A stretch of DNA of 19,502 nucleotides from Vitrella brassicaformis CCMP3155 (Eukaryota > Protista > Chromerida), in NCBI GenBank assembly GCA_001179505.1, contig CDMY01000795.1, positions 1 through 19,502 on the forward strand, read 5' to 3'. The notes below the pieces were generated by a model. That model ran no database searches, was not told the origin of the DNA, and worked only from the letters and a program-made list of their open reading frames with translations. The translations under genes were made by a program, and so were the position numbers. Every line of letters starts with the position of its first letter. Position 1 is the first letter of the stretch. Positions 10,032 to 19,041 of this stretch are shown piece by piece.

Positions 10032-10408
10032 TACACACACTCCAAGTCCAAACGTGCATGCGCAGGTCTGCGCATAGAGACATTCATCATATACACACGC
10101 TCCAAGTCCACACGTGCATGCGCGGGTGTGCGCACAAAGACATCGTCATATACATACACTCCAAGTCCAAACGTCCATGCGCGGGTGTGCGCACAGAGAC
10201 ATTCAGTATGTGCACATAGTCCAAGTCGACATGTGCATGCGCGGGTGTGGGCACAGAGACATTTGTCATATACACACACTCCAAGTCCAAACGTCGACAG
10301 GTGCATGCGCAGGTGTGCGCACACAGACATTCATCATATACACACACTCCAAGTCCAAACGTCCATGCGCGGGTGTGCGCACAGAGACATTCGTCATATA
10401 CACACACT
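10032..10408 (+). repeat. Minisatellite, about 6 copies of a 60-bp unit (consensus ~TACACACACTCCAAGTCCAAACGTGCATGCGCGGGTGTGCGCACAGAGACATTCATCATA)
   Basis: TCCAAGTC recurs at 10041, 10101, 10160, 10220, 10280 and 10348 (periods 60, 59, 60, 60, 68; one 8-bp insertion). Confidence 0.96.
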
Positions 10409-10488
10409 CGTGTAGGTTCTTCAGGCCCTTGCAGGCCTCTTTGAACTTCGAGTTGCCAACTCGAGGAGCTGCGAATGAGACGACGATA

Positions 10489-10788
10489 NNNNNNNNNNNN
10501 NNNNNNNNNNNNNNNNNNNNNNNNNNNNNNNNNNNNNNNNNNNNNNNNNNNNNNNNNNNNNNNNNNNNNNNNNNNNNNNNNNNNNNNNNNNNNNNNNNNN
10601 NNNNNNNNNNNNNNNNNNNNNNNNNNNNNNNNNNNNNNNNNNNNNNNNNNNNNNNNNNNNNNNNNNNNNNNNNNNNNNNNNNNNNNNNNNNNNNNNNNNN
10701 NNNNNNNNNNNNNNNNNNNNNNNNNNNNNNNNNNNNNNNNNNNNNNNNNNNNNNNNNNNNNNNNNNNNNNNNNNNNNNNNNNNNNNNN
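10489..10788. other. Assembly gap (300 N)
   Basis: Run of N with the same length as the second gap, so probably a placeholder. Confidence 0.99.
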
Positions 10789-10964
10789 GGCCTGCATTGG
10801 CACTATCTGTCGAAATTGCCAAGCCCGCAATTGTTTAGAAAGCAAGAACTCCAGCTGCCCGGAAGCGCGAATTTACGATCAATCAAGGACTCAGACACAG
10901 ATGAGCTAGCAAGCTGTCCTGGAGGGCGTCAACAAGCCGATAGTTGGATGAGGTGAGTATCATG

Positions 10965-11350
10965 AACGCTTCTCTGTACATACCTGTGCACGCACGCCGG
11001 TACATGCAATTGGATGTATAAGATCAATGATCCTGTTTGCGCACGCCTGCGGATGAACGTCGACAAATGGATGGGGTGTGTGTTATGATGTCTTTGTGCG
11101 CATACCTGCGTACGCAAGCCGCTAGCCAGAGAGACATCTTGTACATACACACATGCTATCCGACTTTAGGTATGCGCAGGTGTGCGCACGAAGACATTCA
11201 TTATGTATGCCCTCCAACTACACACACAGGTGCGTGCAGGCGTATGCAGAGAGGTTCCGACTACAGATATGCGCAGACGTGTACATAAAGGCATTCATTA
11301 TATATGTCATCCAACTATACTTATGCGCAGGCGTGTGCAGAGACATTCTT
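10965..11350. repeat. Older, degenerate copies of the 60-bp unit, first inverted (~10965-11115) and then direct (~11128-11350)
   Basis: The reverse complement of 11083-11113 (CGTACGCAGGTATGCGCACAAAGACATCATAA) and 11171-11204 (TATGCGCAGGTGTGCGCACGAAGACATTCATTAT) both match the unit core GCGCAGGTGTGCGCACA.AGACATTCATCAT. Confidence 0.75.
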
Positions 11351-11714
11351 CCATCACTGATGTCATCAGTGACAATGAATGCCAGCGATAATCGCTCTGA
11401 CCGACCTGAGAATGCATCACCTCCCTCGTTTGCTTGACGATCCCTCCCTCAGTCTGGTCAATTCAATGTGTTGGATATGCTGAATGCCGTGAATGACCGA
11501 TAGAGACGCTTCCCATGACGAGTGACATGTTGTAGGTCTGTCGGTAAGGATGACTGCGGAGCAGCTCATCTAGCCGGAGACTCAAGAGAAGGACCTGCCG
11601 ATGTTGTAGCGTCTACTTGTCGCAAAGGAGGTCATAATATGTCTGAGCTCCGAATACATCACCAGATAAGAGAGTGAAGACTTCAGTCATGCCTTAGTGT
11701 CACCCACCCACACG

Positions 11715-12445
11715 CAACCACGTGCAATGCATCCGTGGCGGGAGGTCGACCCATTCGGCGACCACGACTTTCTAGGCCACAGGAGCGGCCAGCGAAGTGT
11801 GAGACACAACAGCATGCGCAACCTTTTCTGCTGCATCCTGGCTGAGTCGGATGTCGCTGCACACATGGAGGTCTACCTGCAGAATCTCGACGTCACCCCA
11901 CCAGACAACGACCCCAACAGCCAGCGTATGGACATCTACTGTGTAATCGGAGGCCAGGGATCCCTTCTGGACTTCACCATCACCCACACCTGCCTACCGG
12001 ACGCCTCCCCCATCCGCTTTCACAGAGACGTGAACTGGCGCAATGCTCAGCTTTCGGGTGGGAAGGCACCCGCCCTTGCCGACAAAGCCAGGACAAGTAC
12101 GGCCTCACTGTCCAAGCCAGAGGCTTCCGTTCTGTCCCCCTTGCCGCAGATACATTCAGCCGCTGGGCGCAAGCGATCCTTCCCTTCCTCAAGACGCTCG
12201 CCAAGAGGAGACCACGCCCTTCGGCCATCCCAGCACCCGAAGATGTAATTTTCCGAGAGAGCGTCATCAATCATTGGAGCCACCTCCTGTCCGTGGAGCT
12301 GATGAAGTACAATGCACTCCAGGTGGCCAACCGCTTTCAGAGAGCCGTAGCCGCGAGGGGACCTGCTAGGGCCAGTACTTTTGCGGAGCACTTCATCAGC
12401 CGATGCCCTTACAGGTCTCACACAAGGCCCCTCTTCCGTGCGTGA
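11715..12445 (+). mobile_element. Decayed family-1 RLE retrotransposon fragment (zinc knuckle + RLE + C-terminus)
   Basis: VDPFGDH, RHN, TPPDNDPNSQRMDI (vs TPPDSDPNSQRMDL), LLDFTITH, AADTFSRW, ESVINHWSHLLSVELMKYN, and FAEHFISRCPYRSHTRPLFRA* (vs FPEDLICRGPYRAQTRTF); several frameshifts. Confidence 0.88.
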
Positions 12446-12914
12446 ATCTGTCTGGCACTGCATGCCGTTGTGCATACAGTTGCATGGACCGTGACTTTTG
12501 TGTGTATCTGCTTTGCATGGTTGCTTCCCTGTAATACACGGCATGTGAGTATGCATCTGCTGCTGCATGCCCTTGTATGAAACTTAAGACGGTCACTCGT
12601 CGACCCTCGCTTACTTGACGGCTCATCACTTCTAAGTTTTAGGCAAAAAGGATCGTTGAGCAAACAAGGGGCGAGAAATGGTTGTCTTGAGTCTTGACCG
12701 AGAGTACCAAAGATCAGATGCATTAGCAGACACGTTGCAACCAACGCAGGTACGCGTGGAACAAATATTCAAGCGAGAACAACAACAGCACGCGTGGCAG
12801 ACAAGCGACACAGACACGCAGAGAACAGACAACAAAAAAATCGCATCCACAAGGCAGCTAAACGACGCAGATACATACCGAGCAAACACGCAAACAAACG
12901 ACACACTGCATATA

Positions 12915-13620
12915 CGTCAACTTCTTCTCGGACAGCAGTTGCCCGGCTGTATCGTCATAGCTCGGCACACGAGCCTCGCTGAGCCCCCCGTTGACGTCGT
13001 CTATGAAGGCACCCACAAAGTCATCCGAGAAATCCTCTTGCAGTCTGGCAAGGACAGGGTAGAGGCCCAAGCAGAGGAAGAAGGGGCCTGCCGCGTCACC
13101 TGCTGAGTGCCCTCCTGACTTAGGATGGACTCGATGCGGCCATCCTCCATTCCATAACACAGCTCGGCCGGGGTGCCGCAGAACTGCCAAATAAAGTCCA
13201 CGAGGGAGGGCCGCTTTACGCTGAGCTCGTTGAGGATCGCCTGGCGGTCGAAAATGGTGTTGAATGAATGCATTCTTGTGGTCCAGCGTCACGAGCAGCT
13301 GGTGTTCCGCAGCGTCTCTCTGTGTCTCGATGAAGGCCTGGGCAGCTCGAAACATTTCTCTCCACCAGCTGAGGTCCCTACTACAAACGGCTGGGTCAAG
13401 AAATTGCCCTCAAACGCGAGTGTGTTGTCTATGCAAATGGTCTTCGTCACCCAGCGGCGAACGACATTGCCAACAGCGATCGGTCGGGCCCTCCCACTGT
13501 TCTTCTCCGGAGCGAAGAGACAGGCGGTGGCGATGATCTTTGGTAGGAATGAAAAAAGACTCCAGGACCCCTCTTGCTTCGGTTCTCATGTATTGAAACC
13601 TGGTTGGCAAGAAAAGATAG
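12915..13620 (-). mobile_element. Decayed RT-domain fragment of an RLE/CRE-like non-LTR element
   Basis: Across frames: LFAPEKNSGRARPIAVGNVVRRWV, QPFVVG..GG, LVTLDHKNAF/NTIFDR, GTQQGDAAGP, AFIDDV. This is CRE-type RT motif order. Confidence 0.82.
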
Positions 13621-13659
13621 TATCAGGCTGCCTGCCCTCACATCCAACACGGGAGAAAG

Positions 13660-14559
13660 GGAGAGAGAGAACGCTTAAATAGCGCAACGGCAGACGGGCA
13701 GAGTCCGACGATCCGTCATTCATGCAACAAGCTCGTTAGCCATCACGCATTCACTCAGCAGACATGCCAGCTCCATCCTCAGCGCCCGCCTGGCGGACAT
13801 GCCAGTGACGCCGGCCACCACGCACACACAAACTCGCACCACGCGCCAATGCAACAGACAGACGAGCACGCACCCACCCCATCACCTGGCTATATGACTT
13901 GTCTTTCCAGCCAGCTTTCGTACGCAACTGCTCAACCAAGCGGCTAAAGGAACCATTGGCCTGTCTCTCCCACACCCCATCCACCGTGACGCACAAAGGG
14001 TGAAGTGAATGGACCGGTCCTCGACGACGCGCAAGTAGTCGGCCCTCTCGCGTCTGGCTGCCGAGGCGAGGACAGAGGCGGTCGACTGGTTGGGTTGCGG
14101 TAGGAGGGCGCGTCAGCGTTTGTCACGCAAAGGTCAAACGACGCGTCCTTTTGCCGCTCCCACACCCCTCGCACCACCATGTCGGCCAGCACCCCTTCTG
14201 CCCCGTCCCCTCCTCCTCGGGCTCCACGATCCACACCTCCTTCCTGACCGCCGACTCCCCCCACGCCATGGCGGACAGGTCGCACAAAACGTCCAGCACC
14301 TCGTTGTGACGCCGAACCACCAACCCACCCACCGCGCAGTTGAGGGCGTGGTCGAGCGAGTTGGTGGCCCCGCAGGCGTTGCAGTGGGAATCCATCTTGA
14401 GAGGCTCGTAGCCGTAGCGGACGGCCATATTGTCGCGGAACTCAGCGCGTGTCAGGTCGGTGTGGTCCTCGACATTGGGCCGACACGTCAGCCAGCCCGC
14501 TGTCTTGGTCTCGATGGCTCGACGGATCGTTCGTCGGCGCCCAGGGGGCAGCTGCTCAC
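13660..14559 (-). mobile_element. 5'-truncated RLE-type (CRE-like) non-LTR retrotransposon, family 2, with a 13-bp TSD
   Basis: AGWLTCRP, EFRDNMAVRYG, CNAC-x6-DHALNC, RRHNEV, ADMVVRGVWERQKDASFDLCVTNADAPSY, VTVDG, SYSQVMGWVRARLSVALARGASLCVRGGR. TSD ACACGGGAGAAAG at 13647-13659 and 14560-14572. TC-rich tail. Confidence 0.9.
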
Positions 14560-15271
14560 ACACGGGAGAAAGAGGCTGACGTCAAAGGGAGGACAATATA
14601 TTCGCAAAGGAATGACCGTCCTCCGAGGATATGAGGGGTTGCGAGTATACTTGATTAATTCATGTGCGGGGTGCACATTCTCACAAAGCATGCCACAGAG
14701 GCATCAGCATCCGATGACAGCAAGAGTCAAGGCGAATTGCGCACTACTTATCTAGTTCTTCACTAAGTACCTTGTCCTTCACACAGACTTCCCATGTAGG
14801 GTCAACAGACCCTACCCGTTTCCTATCTTGTGCGTGCAGATCCCTCTCTTGTACAACGTCCACATGCAAGTAGATGCATGGACAGGTAGCATTCTGGTTC
14901 TTCTCGCCAGTATCTCCTCCATCACCTTCCCGCACAGTTTTCGTTATACAGCCACAAAGTGCGCTTGTCCCGTAGCCCTTCGGCATAGATTCCACACTGT
15001 GCATCTTCGGGCAAACGAGAAATGCAGGTGGAAGGAGAGGCGGCGGGATGTAACGCCGCCTCAATATGACGATCGTCTTTCAGGGTGCCCTCTTGTATCT
15101 CGATTTGTTTTCCTTCTCTCTCACTGAGCTCAGAGCAGTGGCTGCAAGAGGTGGCGTATGCTCGTTCTGTTTCGCCGGCCAAATGAAGTGGGCACATCCA
15201 AGAAGGCAGACGGCGAAAGTGAAAATACGCGTTCAAGAGGGGGACGTCACGGACTGGTGGTAATGAAGTGA

Positions 15272-15320
15272 CAGCGGACAACAAGAATGGGTAAAAAAGC
15301 TGCAGCGGACAACAAGAATG
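15272..15320. repeat. 18-bp perfect direct repeat (CAGCGGACAACAAGAATG) with a 13-bp spacer
   Basis: Copies at 15272-15289 and 15303-15320. Confidence 0.9.
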
Positions 15321-16119
15321 CGGATTTGTGGTAGCCTTTCTTATGCTTGTGCCTCTCACCTTGACCCATCTCGGTGTTGTATGCTACTGCTCTCGGTCAG
15401 GGCTGGGACCTTACCACAGGCAACGTTGCGTAGGACCACCTCACATCGCATGGATCGCTGTCTATCCTTCATTCAGAACACAATCCCAAAGCAAGTCACC
15501 ATTTAGACACAGTATCCAACTACAGGCATGCGCAGGCTGCGCAAAAGAAAATACATGTTTATGATACACGGTATTGAACTGAGGAAGCCGAAACATGGCG
15601 ACAACTGCACACACATAGATCCGTACACATCCATACATATGGATCAGCGCATGTGTGTGCAGCATACCTCTACTTTGAGATTGCGGCTGCTGGTCGTTTC
15701 GTCGTCATCGCTCTCATCGATGTCTATGTGAATGATGACAGTGGAGAGTGGTCTTTTCACCTGTCACGGATTGCAGAGCTGTGTTCATGTTGCCTGATGA
15801 TGCGTTTTATGGACGTCACCACCGTATATGACTTGTTTATCTCACTGAAGTCAAGCACTTTGGCTCTGGGACCTAGCGCCCAGCTAATCCGGTTATTCAG
15901 CTGATACTCGGCAAGGTCCTCACCGGCCTTTCCAAACATACAATGCATGCTTTGTGACTTGTGTGTGTTTTCATTGTATGATTGGTCTGCTGGTCGTGCA
16001 ATATTTCTGAGTCTGCATCTGCTGCTGCTTTCTCCTGTACGAGACTCAAGACGAACACTTGTCGCCCCTCGTTTACCGAAACATCTCATGGAGGTCGAGT
16101 GTCTGTCAGTTTTTGCATG

Positions 16120-16780
16120 AAATGGCCTGGTGGTATGCGAGAGTTCTAGTTTCTCGCTACGAACTATATAAACTACTCAGCGTTGCCTCAGGTCCGTGTG
16201 TGTGTGAAACGCAGTATGTGGAAGTGAGGCAGCCATCAAGTGGACTTGAGCTGGTGGCGGCAGGACTGGATGTCGCAAGACGTTAACGCATAGCGCAACG
16301 GCGAAATGTGTCCATCAGTCCATCATGAATGCGTACATAGACAAATCAGTCAATCAGCGATAAGCATGCCAGCCCCATCCACCGCACAGCCGAGCGCACC
16401 ACCCAGTGCCGCCGGCCGCCACTCACACATCAGCTCACACCACGCGCCAATGCACTGGATGTCTGATGGGCTTTAAGAAGATAAAGGCCTCCTATTGAAA
16501 TATCATACTTGTACCATGAGTCGAGCAACAAGTTCACCGACATACAACACATCCATGTTCGTTCACTCACATGCCCTCCGATAGTAGTGTTCTGTAAAAT
16601 ACCACTACATCAGTCAAACTACGGACCGATTTGCATACTCCAGAGTTTATCCAGCTGATACGTATTCGTCAGAAGTAAAAACTCAGAAGTCAGTCCCTAG
16701 CGCTATCGTACTGGCGTAGTCCTTTGGTACCATAAATGTGACCTCGGAATGAAAAGGATTGTTCTTATAGAGAGCTTCCC
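16120..16780 (-). pseudogene. Second, more decayed copy of the 3' part of the unknown gene at 17234-17681; runs into the gap
   Basis: Colinear with 17234-17681, roughly 80% identical by eye (e.g. NNPFHSEVTFMVPKDYASTIALGT vs DDPFHSEFTFMVPKDYAGTIAPGT). Carries extra indels, a TAG and a 179-bp insertion. Confidence 0.85.
16275..16453 (-). mobile_element. 179-bp extreme 3' fragment of RLE family 2 with a 10-bp TSD
   Basis: TGCATTGGCGCGTGG...GGCCGGCGGCACTGG...GGATGGGGCTGGCATG and CCGTTGCGCTA match 13680-13852. TSD ACTGGATGTC at 16265-16274 and 16454-16463. The paralogous site near 17368 is empty. Confidence 0.88.
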
Positions 16781-17080
16781 NNNNNNNNNNNNNNNNNNNN
16801 NNNNNNNNNNNNNNNNNNNNNNNNNNNNNNNNNNNNNNNNNNNNNNNNNNNNNNNNNNNNNNNNNNNNNNNNNNNNNNNNNNNNNNNNNNNNNNNNNNNN
16901 NNNNNNNNNNNNNNNNNNNNNNNNNNNNNNNNNNNNNNNNNNNNNNNNNNNNNNNNNNNNNNNNNNNNNNNNNNNNNNNNNNNNNNNNNNNNNNNNNNNN
17001 NNNNNNNNNNNNNNNNNNNNNNNNNNNNNNNNNNNNNNNNNNNNNNNNNNNNNNNNNNNNNNNNNNNNNNNNNNNNNNNN
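16781..17080. other. Assembly gap (300 N)
   Basis: Run of N. Confidence 0.99.
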
Positions 17081-17215
17081 CGCCGTCTGCATCAGAGTCG
17101 TCTCCCGTCCTGAGTCCTTGATCTCGTCGCCGCCACAGAGACGCTCTCGCCGACCGTTGGATCACTCTCGCCGCTGAGTCCTCATTCATCTCCACTGGGG
17201 TCAACGCACAGCCCA

Positions 17216-17236
17216 CCCTAAACCCTAAACCCTAAA
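17216..17236. repeat. Interstitial telomeric repeat (CCCTAAA)3
   Basis: Three perfect CCCTAAA units (TTTAGGG on minus), placed exactly where homology to 16120 ends. Confidence 0.92.
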
Positions 17237-17523
17237 TGGCCTGGTAGTATGCAGGAGCTCTTAGTGTCTCGCTATGAATTGCTCAGCGTTGCATCACTTT
17301 TGCGTGAAATGCAATATGTGGAAGCGAGGGAGCCATCAAGTTGACTTGAGTTGATCGGGACACTAATAGATGTCTGATGCGCTGTAAGATAAGATAAAGG
17401 CCTCCCGTTGAAATATCATACTTATACGATGCGTCGAGCAACAAGTTCACCGACATAAACCACATCCATGTTCGTTCACTCACTACGCCCTCCGAGAGTA
17501 GTGTTCTGTAAAAACCACTACTA

Positions 17524-18873
17524 TCAGTCAAAGTTCGGACCGATTTGCATGCTCCAGAGTTTATTCAGCTTGTACGTATCCGTCAGAAGCTCGGTCCCTG
17601 GCGCTATCGTACCCGCGTAGTCCTTTGGCACCATAAACGTGAATTCCGAATGAAAAGGATCGTCCTTACAGGAAGTTTCCCGAAAGGCGTCAAAACGTTT
17701 GGCATCCGGTATCCACATATCGTCGTTTCGGTGGCCACCCGGTCGTTCGGTAGTATCAAAGACCACATTGGCGACTGCTCCTGGAGGAGCAACGTTGATT
17801 AGACATAATGGTTCGATCTCTGGGCTCGTATACAGAAACGCACCATGTTGAGCTCGTAGATCTGTCCCCTTCTCGATCACCTCAAATGCATAGAATGTGT
17901 ATGACATCGTCGGCTGACCCCATCGCTCCTTATAATCTCGTCTCAAATACTCAAGGCACTTCTCATAAATCACCCAACTGCTCAAGTTGCCAGGCAGAAG
18001 AACGCTCTTGATACCTTGGAATGAGTCATATGCGCGTAGTGGTAAAAGAGATATAATACCTCGGTCAGCCTCGGGGATGTTTGAGTCGATGACCTGAACG
18101 TGTTGCTCTTTGAGATCCTTGACGGCCCGTTTGTAATATACTGGGTATTCTTTGAGGAGCTTGGATGCCCCGACATTGTGAGGTAGCTCAGCTGCAATCT
18201 TTCATGCAACAACGTAATAGCGACTGTCTTGTCTTGCATCCACGGGATTGTTGGATGCGGCTGCCTGGGCGTCTTCATAAGCCTTCTTCATGCGGTCAGT
18301 GATTTCACCATTCTTGCTGCGCTGCCCTGTCCGATACTTGTTCTCCATGAACTTATTGGTACGTTGCACGAACTCATGCGTAGGATCTAGCTGCTTCAGG
18401 GCGTTGTACTTACGGCGATTTGATTCATCCAAGGCATCCATAAGTATCTTCCGCTTAAGGCTGCTGGTCACTGTCCCCTTGGCACGTCCAAGAGTGTAGT
18501 CATTCGGGTTCATCGCCTGGGTGGTCTTCTTTATGACGCCGTCCCGTGGCGCACGAGGCTCTTTGTCAGCTCGAAAGGTATACTCATCTCTTTTCTTCTC
18601 TGCCTTCTTCTCATGCATCATCTGACTTCATTCTTGGAGTCGGAGTCGCTCTGCTTCCTCTTCTTCGCCTGCCGACTCTTTGGAGGCCCGTCTCATGCAC
18701 CTGGCGAGCTGTTCGCGGGGTATGGAGACGAACGCCATTGGTTGACACAGCCAGGGCGTGGCATCGTCGCTTCTTCGCCATCCGATGCCAGGTAGCAGGC
18801 TCTGTGCCGTTGTTGCAGCCGCAGGAGCCAAGACCCGAAGACTGGCAGGGAAAAAGCGCAAGAACCTTGCCAT
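17524..18873 (-). pseudogene. Intronless gene of unknown function, 449 codons with two internal TGA (18630-18628, 18204-18202); N-terminus resembles an organellar transit peptide
   Basis: Track ORFs 18628-18873, 18202-18621 and 17524-17985 share one frame. The 72 codons between 18201 and 17986 (KIAAELPHNVGASKLLKEYPVYYKRAVKDL...) are also open in that frame. Stops within the span are TGA only. Confidence 0.75.
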
Positions 18874-18999
18874 AATGTCTCTTCAGGAGTCTAAGAGCTA
18901 GGAGAGCCATATGAGCACAGTCGATCGCAAAGCGGCACCTATATGTTGCCGTCTCCCGCAGCGCCTTTGCAGGTCCGCCTGCCTGCTTCTGCCCCCTTG

Positions 19000-19041
19000 C
19001 ATGTTGCGTGTTGCATGTTCCATGTTGCCTGTTGCGTGCTG
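19000..19041. repeat. Degenerate 7-bp tandem repeat (CNTGTTG x6)
   Basis: CATGTTG CGTGTTG CATGTTC CATGTTG CCTGTTG CGTGCTG. Confidence 0.8.

Noticed and set aside
10032-10408. 60-bp array as a CRISPR array or a C2H2 zinc-finger gene
   Set aside because: The whole unit repeats with no unique spacers and no cas genes. The 20-aa period and 59/68-bp units break the frame and do not fit 28-aa C2H2 spacing.
10882-10894. 13-bp match ATCAAGGACTCAG to the minus strand near 17120
   Set aside because: It does not extend on either side, so it is treated as chance.
10087-10956. ORFs spanning the N runs (also 16683-17216)
   Set aside because: These are artefacts of translating through assembly gaps.
13647-14572. 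ACACGGGAGAAAG as a shared sequence-specific target of two elements
   Set aside because: The two copies flank a single family-2 element, so they are better explained as its TSD.
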